A stretch of 64,000 nt of DNA from Candidatus Yanofskybacteria bacterium (GCA_943359335.1 CALRHC010000002.1:1290-65289); one strand, 5' to 3'. Shown: positions 20,105 through 30,702, counted from the first letter of the stretch. Notes: generated by a model not told the origin, from the sequence alone. A program made the numbers and translations.

Positions 20105-21700
20105 ATGAGCAGAAACAAAAAAATTCTAATAGCAATTATGGCCCTAGCTGGCATTTTGCGCTTGTGGGGTTTAGGCTCGACCGAACTCGTTTTTGACGAA
20201 TCTTTTTATTCTTTTCGTTCTATTGGCTGGCTAGATTACCTAGAAAGCTCCTACCAAACCACACCTGTGCAGTGGTTAAATGGTGTAAATATGCCATGGT
20301 GGCTTAATCTTTCTTTTCACGACCACCCACCCTTATTCTTTCTGGTTCAAAAAATATTCTTTAATTTATTTGGCGATTCACTTTTTGTTTCACGCTTGCC
20401 TTCGGCAATTTTTGGAATTTTATTTGTTTATTTAATTTACTTAACTAGCAAAAAACTTTTTAAAAAAGAAGAGGTTGGTTTAGTTTCGGCCTTTATTGTG
20501 GCTATTAGTTTTGCCCATGTTTCGCTTTCGCGTATGGCCATGATGGAATCGGTTTTGTTCTTTTTTATACTGCTTAATATTTATTATTTTCTACAACTAC
20601 TCGAAAATAAAAAATACTGGTGGCGTTTCGGCTTAACATTTGGCCTCGCCATGTTAACCAAATACATTGCCGTATTTTTAATACCAACCTATCTTGTATA
20701 CCTTTTAATTTTTAGACGCGACTTATTTAAAAATTCTAAGCTTTATTTAGCTTTAATTTTAGCCGTAATAATTTTCTCGCCAGTTATTGTTTATAATATT
20801 TATTCTTACAAAAGCTTTGGCCATTTCGATTTACAGCTAGCTTACGTATTGAAACAAAACACGCCTTGGCCAACCGAAGCTTTTGGCGGCAAAACCCAAG
20901 ATCCTTTCTCTAAAATCGGCGAGAACTTGCCAGTGGTTTTTTCTGTGCCGTTTTTAGCGACAGCTTTGATTGGAATAATTTTATCGTCGATTAAATTTAG
21001 AAAAGAACTTGCCTTAATATTAATTTATTTTATTTTTATAATCTTACTTCTAGTGCAAACAGGTTCGGCTATTAGATTTATTTCTTTACTTGTAATTCCT
21101 GCTACTTTTTTTATAACAGCACTTATTTTATTTTTATGGCAAAAACCTTACAAATTTTTAAGCGTTGGGATTATTTTATTATCGATACTAGTTGGCGAAT
21201 TATATAACTATGCTTTTTTGCGCCCAGATTATGGCGTAGTAAAATTAGATAAATATTTTGATTCTGTGTTCGAAAATAATCGACCAGAAATTTTACCTAC
21301 GCACCCCAACCCATATTTAAATACTGTTATTAAAAAATATGCAGAAAAATACCCTGCCACACTTGCACCAACCGGCATAATTTACGACGACAATATTGCT
21401 TTGCAATCATCCTTATGGCTTTTTGCTCGCCGCCAGTACTACCACGGCGCCCCTGTTATGACAGCAAGTAACTTTGAAAATATTATACAGAAAAACGGCG
21501 TCTCGGCTTTTAAAGATTTTACACTCTACTTTATTAAGGCCGAGGAAGCGGCACCCTTAAAGCCAACTGCTCCAACCGAATATGCTAAAAATGTAGAATT
21601 ACTTTTACAAAAAAATAACCAAAAACCGGTAATTGTAATTACCGGTTTTGGAGCAAACAATATTCCTGCTTTTAAAGTCTATAAATTTTCTCTTAAGTAG
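20105..21700 (+). CDS. GT-C glycosyltransferase (ArnT/PMT, GT39/83-like)
   Basis: FDE motif, DHPPLF, RLPSA, LTKY, many TM helices. Confidence 0.88.
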   Translation: MSRNKKILIAIMALAGILRLWGLGSTELVFDESFYSFRSIGWLDYLESSYQTTPVQWLNGVNMPWWLNLSFHDHPPLFFLVQKIFFNLFGDSLFVSRLPSAIFGILFVYLIYLTSKKLFKKEEVGLVSAFIVAISFAHVSLSRMAMMESVLFFFILLNIYYFLQLLENKKYWWRFGLTFGLAMLTKYIAVFLIPTYLVYLLIFRRDLFKNSKLYLALILAVIIFSPVIVYNIYSYKSFGHFDLQLAYVLKQNTPWPTEAFGGKTQDPFSKIGENLPVVFSVPFLATALIGIILSSIKFRKELALILIYFIFIILLLVQTGSAIRFISLLVIPATFFITALILFLWQKPYKFLSVGIILLSILVGELYNYAFLRPDYGVVKLDKYFDSVFENNRPEILPTHPNPYLNTVIKKYAEKYPATLAPTGIIYDDNIALQSSLWLFARRQYYHGAPVMTASNFENIIQKNGVSAFKDFTLYFIKAEEAAPLKPTAPTEYAKNVELLLQKNNQKPVIVITGFGANNIPAFKVYKFSLK

Positions 21701-21701
21701 A

Positions 21702-22073
21702 CTATTCTTTTTCTAAATCCAAACACACAGAATTTATACAATAACGCTTACCGCCTTTCTCGGCTGGGCCATCGTCGAACACATGGCCCAAATGTGCACC
21801 ACATTTTTTACAAACAACTTCGGTACGAGCCATACCCAAACTATTATCTTCTTTTAATTCTACGTTTTCTAAATTGGCAGGTTGGGTAAAACTTGGCCAA
21901 CCAGTACCGGAATCAAATTTAGTATCCGAAGAAAAAAGTTCTGTACCACAAACCGCGCACTTATACATTCCCTTTTCTTTTGTATCTACGTATTTACCAC
22001 TAAAAGGCACCTCGGTGCCTTTTTCGCGAGCTACATGATAAAGCTCTGGATCTAATTCTTTATCGTCTTTCAT
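21702..22073 (-). CDS. msrB: Peptide-methionine (R)-S-oxide reductase
   Basis: [29 protein letters not shown]. Confidence 0.96.
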   Translation of the reverse strand: MKDDKELDPELYHVAREKGTEVPFSGKYVDTKEKGMYKCAVCGTELFSSDTKFDSGTGWPSFTQPANLENVELKEDNSLGMARTEVVCKKCGAHLGHVFDDGPAEKGGKRYCINSVCLDLEKE

Positions 22074-22076
22074 ATT

Positions 22077-22601
22077 TTATTTCTTTAATAGTTCGTAAAA
22101 CTTCTCCTTCAACTTTTCTAACTTGGGGCTAATTATTAACTGACAATATGGTTTATCTTTATTTCTAGCATAAAAATCTTTGTGATAACTTTCAGCTTCG
22201 TAAAATTTTTCTAGCGATTTAACTTGTGTAACAACTTTCTCGCCCGATTGATTCAACTCTGTAATAAATTCTTTGACCTCTTTTTCTTGCTCGAGCGAAG
22301 TATACAAAATTATAGAACGATACTGCGTACCCACATCATTACCTTGGCGGTTTAGCGTTGTCGGATCGTGTGTAGCAAAAAACACCGTAAGTAAATCTTT
22401 AAAAGAAGTTTCGGCCGAATCAAACTCTATTTTAATAACTTCGGCGTGGCCAGTATTACCACTACTAACTTCCTCATATGTAGGGTTTTCTTTTGCTCCA
22501 CCCGCATAACCCGAAGTTACGCTTTTAACCCCTTTTAATTGTTTGAATACGGCTTCGGTACACCAAAAACAACCGCCACCAAATACTATAGTTTGAATCA
22601 T
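22077..22601 (-). CDS. msrA: Peptide-methionine (S)-S-oxide reductase
   Basis: GGCFWC, HDPT..NRQGND.GTQYRS. Confidence 0.96.
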   Translation of the reverse strand: MIQTIVFGGGCFWCTEAVFKQLKGVKSVTSGYAGGAKENPTYEEVSSGNTGHAEVIKIEFDSAETSFKDLLTVFFATHDPTTLNRQGNDVGTQYRSIILYTSLEQEKEVKEFITELNQSGEKVVTQVKSLEKFYEAESYHKDFYARNKDKPYCQLIISPKLEKLKEKFYELLKK

Positions 22602-22611
22602 AAAAAATTAA

Positions 22612-22884
22612 CTAATCTCGGCCGTGTCCTCTGTTCCAAACAAAAGCGAAAACAAAGCCAACTACATAACCCATCAAAGCTGTAAACACTATAAGTTTAA
22701 CAGCTCGTGTGGCTATAAACGGAGAAACAACAAAAGGATTATTTAAAAAATGAATTCTGTAAATCATATCAAGCATTTTTTGCCCCAAACCCATAAAAAC
22801 CATAAGCGACCACATTGCATGCATCAAACCCACAAATAAACTTACAGTTAGAGCTGTTCTATTTTTATTTAATTTAACTGCCAT
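22612..22884 (-). CDS. Small membrane protein
   Basis: Two TM helices, H..WS pattern. Confidence 0.7.
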   Translation of the reverse strand: MAVKLNKNRTALTVSLFVGLMHAMWSLMVFMGLGQKMLDMIYRIHFLNNPFVVSPFIATRAVKLIVFTALMGYVVGFVFAFVWNRGHGRD

Positions 22885-22985
22885 ATTTTTCTATGAATGA
22901 AATGAATAGTTAAAAATATGTGTCCGCCGTAGCTTTGCTTGATTCTTTATCAGTACCTGATAAATACGGGCGAAGGCGGGCCATA
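22882..22985 (-). repeat. Stacked hairpin insertion between duplicated TATGGC
   Basis: AGGAG-TATGGC, CCGCC..GGCGG hairpin with a nested hairpin, then CATATTTT..AAAATATG hairpin ending in the real start. Confidence 0.75.
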
Positions 22986-23015
22986 CTCCTAAATATCTAT
23001 TTATTTAACGACCTT

Positions 23016-23270
23016 TTATTTTTTACTTCCCAATAACTTAGATAAAACAAAAGTGAAAAGTCCAATCATAACTGTCATAATGCCAGCATAAACAAATTTA
23101 GCTTGTACGGTATCTTTAGTTAAAGGAAAAGCATATTCAATAGAAGTCTTAACTGCATCGTTCCAAGCTAGACCCGCCACCAAACCCAATGCTGTTACAA
23201 TATAACCCAAAGTTTTTTCTCTAAGTTCTTGCCTAATCTCCGATTGAGTTTTTTTGATCCGATCCATCAT
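23016..23270 (-). CDS. DUF5654-like small membrane protein
   Basis: ALGLVAGLAWNDAV motif. Confidence 0.8.
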   Translation of the reverse strand: MMDRIKKTQSEIRQELREKTLGYIVTALGLVAGLAWNDAVKTSIEYAFPLTKDTVQAKFVYAGIMTVMIGLFTFVLSKLLGSKK

Positions 23271-23289
23271 AAATTTATTTTACCATAAT

Positions 23290-23823
23290 TTAAGTTGCCA
23301 TTCCTTTTTTTAGACTTTTTCTTATAGCCAAATAATTAGGAACTGTTTTAGCTACCAAATTCCAAAAATTACGCGAGTGGTTAAATTCGCCCAAGTGGCA
23401 AAGTTCGTGAACAATAATATAATCTGCTTGTTCTGGCGATAACAAAGCAATTTTGTAATTAAAATTTAAGTTCCCCTTTTTAGAACAACTGCCCCAACGA
23501 GTTTTTTGGTTTCTTATATTTATTTTATTAAATTTAAAACCATAAAATTGGTTAAAATAACTAACTCGGTTTTGAGCCAGCGCCAAAGCTTCGGCTTTAT
23601 ATTTTTTAAAATCTTTTCTGCCTAGTAAAATTCTTGGAGTAAAAGGCTTAAAGCCTTCCAGCTTTTTTAAAATCCATTCTGTATTTTTAGTAACAAATTG
23701 GTTTATAAAATTCTGGCTCGCCGAATGCGGCGCGGTTAACACCACCGCGCCATCGCAATAAATAGCGAGCCGTAATCTTCTAGATTTTTTACTTAATTTT
23801 AGAGTGTATTTAATATCGCTCAT
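23290..23823 (-). CDS. YgjP/DUF45 metallopeptidase-like protein
   Basis: TRWGSCS, HELCH...NHS..FW. Confidence 0.88.
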   Translation of the reverse strand: MSDIKYTLKLSKKSRRLRLAIYCDGAVVLTAPHSASQNFINQFVTKNTEWILKKLEGFKPFTPRILLGRKDFKKYKAEALALAQNRVSYFNQFYGFKFNKINIRNQKTRWGSCSKKGNLNFNYKIALLSPEQADYIIVHELCHLGEFNHSRNFWNLVAKTVPNYLAIRKSLKKGMAT

Positions 23824-23894
23824 TTAATCTTGATCTAATTTTACTTTCAAAACATTAAAAAACCCAGCAGTACCACCTGCTGGGTTAAATCTAC

Positions 23895-24380
23895 CTATGG
23901 AAGAACTTCTCTTTTGCTGAACAAAAGAGGGATTTCACATACAAGAAACACTATAGTAAAAATCATTAGATCGTTTATATCTCCACCATAATTTGATGCT
24001 TTACCCTTTGCGTTTGCCATATCACCCAAAGAAAGCTGAAACATCTCCACCATGATAGCGGCAACCCAAGAAAGAAAAATGGACTTAAGTAATATTTTTC
24101 TTAATGGGTTCTTGATAAAAAACGGTCCATCAAACATGGTTGCTATACCAAAAGCAAAGCCCGGAACAAAGAATACATCAGCCATGTACCAACGAATATA
24201 CCATGGACCGATAATCCAAGAGGAAAGGGCTTTTCCTACTGCCCAAAACAACAAGCAGTTCGCGCACATCCATGCCGTGTAGCTAGTTCTTTTAAACGCA
24301 ATAATCTGAAGAGGAAACAAGCCTATTGAGACTACAGTAAAGATAACCCTACCAACCATTAAAGGTGTGTAAAATTCCAT
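23895..24380 (-). CDS. Orphan membrane protein
   Basis: Several TM helices; own promoter, SD AGGAGG and terminator. Confidence 0.72.
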   Translation of the reverse strand: MEFYTPLMVGRVIFTVVSIGLFPLQIIAFKRTSYTAWMCANCLLFWAVGKALSSWIIGPWYIRWYMADVFFVPGFAFGIATMFDGPFFIKNPLRKILLKSIFLSWVAAIMVEMFQLSLGDMANAKGKASNYGGDINDLMIFTIVFLVCEIPLLFSKREVLP

Positions 24381-24464
24381 ACTAACCCTCCTTTGTTTTT
24401 ACTCATTTTATTTTAGAGAACTTGTAAAGATACTAAAACAAAGTATAAATAAAGTCAAGTTAAA

Positions 24465-24728
24465 TCAACCAATCCTTACGGGTTGAATTTGACCTTGGTT
24501 TAATTTTACTGCGGGTGCGCCGTGAATTAATTGTATGGTGCCTATCCTCTCGCCACACTTAGAACACAAAACACTTGCTCCAGTGGGCAAGTGTTTTGGC
24601 AAAGAAATATAGTCTTCTAAAATTCTGCCAAGAAAACATTTAATCAATCGGCCAGTGCCGGCTTTTTGATATTTAAAAATATCCTTTCCGCACTTACACT
24701 CCACAACAACAGTCGAAAGACGAGACAT
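24465..24728 (-). CDS. Small Cys-containing (zinc ribbon) protein
   Basis: CKC..KYQK.G.G.L.KC...RI and CSKC. Confidence 0.72.
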   Translation of the reverse strand: MSRLSTVVVECKCGKDIFKYQKAGTGRLIKCFLGRILEDYISLPKHLPTGASVLCSKCGERIGTIQLIHGAPAVKLNQGQIQPVRIG

Positions 24729-24730
24729 TT

Positions 24731-24931
24731 TTATTTTCTGCGTTTTTTAAAATCATGCGTATATATAAAAACAATCAATACGAACAATAAAACAATGACG
24801 CCGATCAGACCTCTTAATAAATCTTTTCCATATATAAACGCAACAGTGGCAAAACTCAATCCGATTATCGAAACGGTCATTCTAACTCTTTGCGCATATT
24901 CACTAAGCTTCGAAAAAAAATCAGTGATCAT
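24731..24931 (-). CDS. Small 2-TM hypothetical protein
   Basis: Tight operon spacing after ileS; hydrophobic. Confidence 0.6.
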   Translation of the reverse strand: MITDFFSKLSEYAQRVRMTVSIIGLSFATVAFIYGKDLLRGLIGVIVLLFVLIVFIYTHDFKKRRK

Positions 24932-24939
24932 TTACATTT

Positions 24940-27900
24940 TTAAACCCTTTTGATTCCTACTCCAATCTCAAAACCTTCGTAATTCCAAACTTTGTGAACC
25001 AAGAAACTTTCGGTTTCGGTTATGCCAAAGTGAATTTGGGTAGAACGAGTTTCTTGTTTAATTACATCCTCCCAACGGGCTAATAATTCTTTAAAACCAG
25101 TGTTTTGGTTTAGTTCGTAATACAAAATTATTTTATCTTCGGGTGTTAACTTCGCTTCTTTTCTCATTTCGTTAATATTCCTAATCATCTCGCGCACCAT
25201 ACCTTCTTCTTTAAGTTCCGCCGTAAGCACAGTATCCAAACTAACACTATTTTTTTCTATTTTTCTATCGCTTAAAACTTTTTTAACATTAAGTTCTTCG
25301 GCCACAATGTATAAAACATCACCAATTAAATTGTAATCGGCTGGCGAAACATACAACGCATTAAGTGGCTGGCGTACGCGCAAACCTGCTTGAGCGCGTT
25401 CAGCAAGGCCCAATGCCACAATTTCGCGAGCTCTTTCCATAGCTTTCATAACATCGGAAGCTTTAACTGCTTTTGTATTTGGCCAAGGCTCTAAGTGAAC
25501 AGATTCTCTGTATCCAGCAACTTGAGTTAGATCTTTTAAGCTTTGGTGTAACCATTCCGATATAAACGGTGCGAATGGCGCCATTATAATTGCGGTGCGT
25601 TTTAAAACTTCGGTTAAAGTATTTTGAGCCGATAATTTTTCGGCATCTATATTTTGTTTTTGAAATTTGCGGCGGCTACGGCGAATATACCAATTAGAAA
25701 GTTCGTCTATAAATTCTTCTATGGCACGCGAAGCGGAAGTTATATCGTACGAATCTAAAAATTTATTTACATCAAATTCCAATTTTTCTAAACGCATTAA
25801 AACCCATTTATCTAGAATATCTGTTTTAGCCGCCAAAGATTTTGGAGGCACAACAAAATATGTTTCTAAAAACAAAAACGAATTAATTAGAGTATCGGCA
25901 AACCTGCGCTTTTTACTTTCTATATCGCGCATACTAAAAAGTTTATTATCGCCCGGCGCGTTTACAGTGTAAAAGTACCAACGCATCATGTCGAAACCAA
26001 CTTTCTCGCCTACCATCCATGGGTCTACAATATTCCCCTTCGATTTAGACATCTTTTCGCCTTTTTCATCTAATACATGGTTTAAACTAATTACATTTTT
26101 GTATGGCGCGCCTTCGCCCAAGGCTGTGCTAACCGCCATTAAGGTGTAGAACCAACCACGGGTTTGGTCGATAGCTTCGCAAATGTAATCTGCTGGAAAT
26201 TTGTCCTTACCCAAGTTTTGAGATTTAAGTTTTGAGATTTGAGATCCATGTTGGGCCCACGGCATCGCGCCCGAATCAAACCAAACATCGGCTAAGTCTT
26301 TTATACGTTCCATCTTTGAGGAACACATAGAACACTTGAGGAACACATTGTCTGCGTACGGGCGATGCAGGTTTAAATTCCCTTCTTCGTCGCGTGGCCA
26401 GTTATTTGTTTCTACAAAAGCAAATTCGGCAGGATCCAATGCTAACTTAGTGTTCTTAATTACGTTTCTATATAAAAGCGCTTCGTCTTCACCATAAATT
26501 CCGTTAGATAACAAAAGCAAAAATAGGGGATCCATATGGCTTACCACTGCAATTTTTTTACCCGCATGTTTTTTGGAAACTTCCACCATAAATTCACGAA
26601 CTCTTTTAGATACATCTAGCCACGATTCGCCTTCTGGTGGGCGGCGCATAAACCTTTCTTTATAGGAATTAAAATAGTTTTTATATTCAATCGCCGGCCC
26701 GCCGTTAAATTCGCCAGTATTAAGTTCGCGTAAACGTTCGTCGAAAATAACTTCTTTTATTTTTAATTCGTCGGCTAAAATTTGCGCAGTTTCGCGAGTG
26801 CGTAATAAATCGGAAGCATAAATTGCTACCACCTTTTCTTTATCTAATTGTTTTTTAATTTTCTTAGCGGATTCTTCTGCCTGCTTCCTACCTTTTTCGG
26901 TTAAAGGGTTTAAAAACTTTTCTGGGTAACAACTACACAAATTTTTTACATTAGATTCTGCCTCGCCGTGACGCATTAAAACCAAAGTAGCTGGGGTATC
27001 TGGGCGGTGTTGGTTAAGTTCTTCTAAAGAACCGATTACGGTTTTGTGTTCGCATTTGGTGCATTCCCAAATTGGCAGTGGCGTACCCCAATACCTTTCA
27101 CGGCTTATGGCCCAGTCCTTAACTTCGCGTAACCATTCGCCAAACCTACCTTCTTTAATGTGTTCGGGTACCCAATTAACTTTTTCGTTATTTTTAATTA
27201 AATCGCCACGTAACGCCGACATTTTTATAAACCAACTTTCTTGTGCGTAATATAGTAACGGCGATTTACAACGCCAACAGAATGGATATTCGTGTTTGTA
27301 GCTAGCTTCGCTAAATAACAAATTTTTTGTTTTTAAATAAAACAAAATTGTTTTTTCGGTTATAGGGTCTTTTTTGTTTTCGCTAACAATAGCAAGACCG
27401 CCTACCACTGGAACAGATTTTATAAAAACTCCTTCGCGATTAACCGTGTGGAATTTTGGCAAATTTAATTTGGTACCAAGTTCAAAATCGTCGGCGCCAT
27501 ACATTACTGCGGTATGCACAATCCCCGTGCCGTCTTCTGTGGTTACAAAATCGGCTTCGTAAACTTTGTAAGAATTTTCACTTTCTAATTCTTTAACTGC
27601 AAATAAAGCCTCGTAAGAAAGTTTGGTAAGATCACCCGCTTTTAATTCTTTATTTATTTTATATTCGTGTCCTGCTAAAACTTTCTCGGCCAAGTCTTTG
27701 GCTAAAATATATTTCTCACCGTTAACTTCGGCCTCTACATAAACAACTTTTGGCCCTACTGCCAAAGCAACATTACCTGGTAAAGTCCATGGCGTGGTAG
27801 TCCACGCTAATAAGTATGTATTTTCTAGTTCTTTAACTTTAAATTTTATAGTTACCGATCTATCTGTAACTGTTTCGTAACCTTGCGCCACTTCGTGGCT

Positions 27901-28455
27901 AGAAATCGGCGTACCGCAACGCACACAAAACGGAACGATTTTATAATCTTTAACTAAAAGTTTTTTATCGTAAATTCTTTTTAAAATATTCCAAACATTT
28001 TCTATGTATTGAGGTTCGTAGGTTATGTATGGATTTTTTAAGTCTAACCAGTAACCCATGCGGCGTGTCATTTTTTCCCATTCGTCTTTATATTGCCAAA
28101 CAGATTCTTGGCAATCTTTGTTGAATTTAGCAATGCCGTATTTTTCTACATCGCGTTTGTTTTTTAACCCAAGTTTTTTCTCTACTTCTATTTCTACCGG
28201 TAAACCATGAGTATCCCAACCTGCGCGACGTTGAACAAACCGTCCTTTCATGGTTTGAAAACGGCAAATAATATCTTTAAACGAACGCGCCACGATATGA
28301 TGAATACCTGGCTTGCCGTTAGCCGTAGGCGGGCCTTCGTAAAATACAAAAGGCTTACCATCTTTAGTGGCTTCTAATGTTTTTTCAAAAATCTGGTTAT
28401 CGTGCCAATGTTTTAAAACTTTTTCTTCTTCTTGAGGTAGATTTACTTGTCTCAT
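24940..28455 (-). CDS. ileS: Isoleucine-tRNA ligase (type 2) with inserted histidine phosphatase domain
   Basis: EGPPTANG.PGIHH, WTTTPWTLP, ISRERYWG, DQTRGWF, KMSKS; internal RHG..SDL.R..ETA domain. Confidence 0.95.
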   Translation of the reverse strand: MRQVNLPQEEEKVLKHWHDNQIFEKTLEATKDGKPFVFYEGPPTANGKPGIHHIVARSFKDIICRFQTMKGRFVQRRAGWDTHGLPVEIEVEKKLGLKNKRDVEKYGIAKFNKDCQESVWQYKDEWEKMTRRMGYWLDLKNPYITYEPQYIENVWNILKRIYDKKLLVKDYKIVPFCVRCGTPISSHEVAQGYETVTDRSVTIKFKVKELENTYLLAWTTTPWTLPGNVALAVGPKVVYVEAEVNGEKYILAKDLAEKVLAGHEYKINKELKAGDLTKLSYEALFAVKELESENSYKVYEADFVTTEDGTGIVHTAVMYGADDFELGTKLNLPKFHTVNREGVFIKSVPVVGGLAIVSENKKDPITEKTILFYLKTKNLLFSEASYKHEYPFCWRCKSPLLYYAQESWFIKMSALRGDLIKNNEKVNWVPEHIKEGRFGEWLREVKDWAISRERYWGTPLPIWECTKCEHKTVIGSLEELNQHRPDTPATLVLMRHGEAESNVKNLCSCYPEKFLNPLTEKGRKQAEESAKKIKKQLDKEKVVAIYASDLLRTRETAQILADELKIKEVIFDERLRELNTGEFNGGPAIEYKNYFNSYKERFMRRPPEGESWLDVSKRVREFMVEVSKKHAGKKIAVVSHMDPLFLLLLSNGIYGEDEALLYRNVIKNTKLALDPAEFAFVETNNWPRDEEGNLNLHRPYADNVFLKCSMCSSKMERIKDLADVWFDSGAMPWAQHGSQISKLKSQNLGKDKFPADYICEAIDQTRGWFYTLMAVSTALGEGAPYKNVISLNHVLDEKGEKMSKSKGNIVDPWMVGEKVGFDMMRWYFYTVNAPGDNKLFSMRDIESKKRRFADTLINSFLFLETYFVVPPKSLAAKTDILDKWVLMRLEKLEFDVNKFLDSYDITSASRAIEEFIDELSNWYIRRSRRKFQKQNIDAEKLSAQNTLTEVLKRTAIIMAPFAPFISEWLHQSLKDLTQVAGYRESVHLEPWPNTKAVKASDVMKAMERAREIVALGLAERAQAGLRVRQPLNALYVSPADYNLIGDVLYIVAEELNVKKVLSDRKIEKNSVSLDTVLTAELKEEGMVREMIRNINEMRKEAKLTPEDKIILYYELNQNTGFKELLARWEDVIKQETRSTQIHFGITETESFLVHKVWNYEGFEIGVGIKRV

Positions 28456-28541
28456 GATGTTCTAAAATTAGCGTAAATTTTAATTATAGTAAAGAAAAAA
28501 CCCAGCTTAGCGCTGGGCTTTGTTTGTACAAAATTAACCTG

Positions 28542-29015
28542 TTATTCGAAGACGAGGAAACCCTTGAGTTTCTCGATGGTACTCTTGCTCTCAAGAACTT
28601 CTCCCCCAATCTCCAAAGAAAACGTTACGGGCTCATTGGGGAATGTCCCGCCAAATACTGCAGTAGGACTTTCGAAGAAGATCTTCAGCTTTTTTGTGAT
28701 CTTGGTTACAAGGTGCTGCAAGCTTACATCTACAGCTTCCCAGATACCACAACCAACCACAGCAAGAGCTGAAAAATCAGGGCCTCCGCTGGGAATATCC
28801 CTTAAAGGGAAGGTTACCAAGAAATCAACTTCGCATTCTCTGAGGTTTCCACTTTTCGTTTCTCTATGCAACAAAATACCTAACACTAAATAGTTATTTT
28901 TGACATTCCACTTAACCTGAACAAGAACTTCTGTACCTTTCGGCAAAGTAATATGCTTGTAACACTTTACTTTGTTTCTGGGCAAGTCCAAGTATTCATG
29001 ACTTTTTATAAGCAT
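28542..29015 (-). CDS. Orphan hypothetical protein
   Basis: ORF with TTGACA/TATAAT promoter, SD AAGGAG and terminator near 28497-28521. Confidence 0.65.
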   Translation of the reverse strand: MLIKSHEYLDLPRNKVKCYKHITLPKGTEVLVQVKWNVKNNYLVLGILLHRETKSGNLRECEVDFLVTFPLRDIPSGGPDFSALAVVGCGIWEAVDVSLQHLVTKITKKLKIFFESPTAVFGGTFPNEPVTFSLEIGGEVLESKSTIEKLKGFLVFE

Positions 29016-29126
29016 GACCGAATCTCCTTCTCTATGAGTTTAAAATGAACAATCTACGTATTAATTATTATATAATACTACAATAACTCTTGTCAATAAT
29101 AGATATTTGTATTAAACTTATTGTTA

Positions 29127-29567
29127 ATGGAAGCAAAAACAAACAAAAAAGCATTTTTTAATTATGAAATCCTCGAGACATTCGAGGCGGGTTTGGTTTT
29201 GCTTGGCGGTGAAGTTAAGTCTATAAGGAATAGCCACTATAGTTTACAGGGCGCATACATAGTTGTAGAAGATGAAGAAGCTTGGTTAGTGAAAGCTATG
29301 ATCGCCCCCTACCAACCTAAAAACATGCAAAAGGGTTATGACCCCGAACGCAGGCGAAAACTTTTACTTAATAAAAAAGAACTTCAATATTTACAAGGAA
29401 AAACCAAAGAAAAAGGATTGACTATTGTGCCATTAAAAGTCTATAATAAGCACGGTCAAATCAAACTAGAAATTGGTTTAGCTAAAGGTAAAAGCAAGGG
29501 CGATAAACGAGAAGTTTTAAAAAAACGCATCGCCGAAAGAGATATCGCCAGAGAACTAAAGTATTAG
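29127..29567 (+). CDS. smpB: SsrA-binding protein
   Basis: NKKA..Y...EAGLVL.G.EVKS.R, RKLLL, DKRE. Confidence 0.96.
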   Translation: MEAKTNKKAFFNYEILETFEAGLVLLGGEVKSIRNSHYSLQGAYIVVEDEEAWLVKAMIAPYQPKNMQKGYDPERRRKLLLNKKELQYLQGKTKEKGLTIVPLKVYNKHGQIKLEIGLAKGKSKGDKREVLKKRIAERDIARELKY

Positions 29568-29605
29568 ATCTTTAATATTTTTATAGTTTAGAATTTTACT
29601 TTTAA

Positions 29606-29964
29606 GGGGATGACTTGAATCGTCAAGGAACGTATCGATAAGAATTCGAAGCTGAGGTATACCACAAACTCATAAAACTGGTTACAAATAGTAAGTGCAA
29701 ACTTATTTAACGCTAAACCAGCGTTTGCCGTAGCTTAAAATCTATCGGCCATCGCCCTGTTTTTGCCCAAGAAGACAGTGTGCGGTGTTAACCTTTTGGG
29801 CTGCTGTCTAATGAAGGCGAACTTTAGACTTAAGACAATCGCCGAAAGTTTAACTTTTTTCACCATTCTTTAAGGGTTAAACTTAAACCAAGAATGGTTA
29901 GGCTTCGTAGCAGTTCAATCGAGAAATTTTTTGCACGCGGGTTCAATTCCCGCCATCTCCACCA
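29606..29964 (+). ncRNA. ssrA: tmRNA; tag peptide ANLFNAKPAFAVA (29697-29738)
   Basis: 5' GGGGATG, 3' GGGTTCAATTCCCGCCATCTCCACCA, internal tag ORF, adjacent to smpB. Confidence 0.93.
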
Positions 29965-29999
29965 CTTCGCTCCTCAAATAAAATAGATAAAACAAAAGT

Positions 30000-30491
30000 T
30001 TGAAAATAAATAACCAAATACGTTCCGAAAAATTAGTAGTTATAGATGAAACCGGCAAAAGCTTGGGTGTTTTAAGCTTGCAAGAAGCCTTAAAAATAGC
30101 CAAAGAAAAAGGTATGGATTTGGCGGAGGTTAACCCTACCGCTACCCCACCAGTTGCCAAAATCATAGATTATGGTAAATTTGAGTACCGCCAAAGGAAA
30201 GCAGAACAGAAGATGAAAGCTGCAAACAAACGGCAGGAGCTTAAAACGGTACGTATAGGGCTTAAAACATCTGTTCACGATACCGAGGTAAAAGCCGGTT
30301 TGGCCGATAAATTCTTAAAAAAGGGCGACCAAGTTAAGTTAGAAATATTCTTAAAAGGCAGAGAAAAGGCCTTTAGAGATCTCGCCAGAACAAAATTAGT
30401 AGCCTTCGAAAAAATGGTTACCGAACAGCATAAAACAGATGGCACGCCAGCAAGCTCACCTTCTGGATGGTCTATAACAATACATAAATAA
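30000..30491 (+). CDS. infC: Translation initiation factor IF-3 (non-AUG start)
   Basis: INNQI, DL.EV.P...PPVAKI.DYGK, KGRE; no in-frame ATG before the conserved N-terminus. Confidence 0.95.
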   Translation: MKINNQIRSEKLVVIDETGKSLGVLSLQEALKIAKEKGMDLAEVNPTATPPVAKIIDYGKFEYRQRKAEQKMKAANKRQELKTVRIGLKTSVHDTEVKAGLADKFLKKGDQVKLEIFLKGREKAFRDLARTKLVAFEKMVTEQHKTDGTPASSPSGWSITIHK

Positions 30492-30492
30492 T

Positions 30493-30696
30493 ATGGGTGC
30501 AAAAACAAACAAATCGATGGCAAAAAGATTCCGTAGAACTAAAAACGGAAAGCTTATGCATAGAACTCCAAACCAAAATCATTTTAGAGCTAAGAAATCT
30601 AGCAATAGAAAAAGGAGTATAAGCAAAGGTTCAGCAATGGCAAAACCAGAAGTTAAAAACATTATGGAAAAAATGCCTTTTGCAAGATTAAGTTAA
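30493..30696 (+). CDS. rpmI: 50S ribosomal protein L35
   Basis: KTNKS.AKRF..T..GK; infC-rpmI-rplT order. Confidence 0.92.
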   Translation: MGAKTNKSMAKRFRRTKNGKLMHRTPNQNHFRAKKSSNRKRSISKGSAMAKPEVKNIMEKMPFARLS

Positions 30697-30702
30697 AAAA
30701 AT

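Noticed and set aside
29964-30000. Prophage or island integrated at tmRNA
   Set aside because: tmRNA is followed directly by infC; no integrase or duplicated 3' end seen
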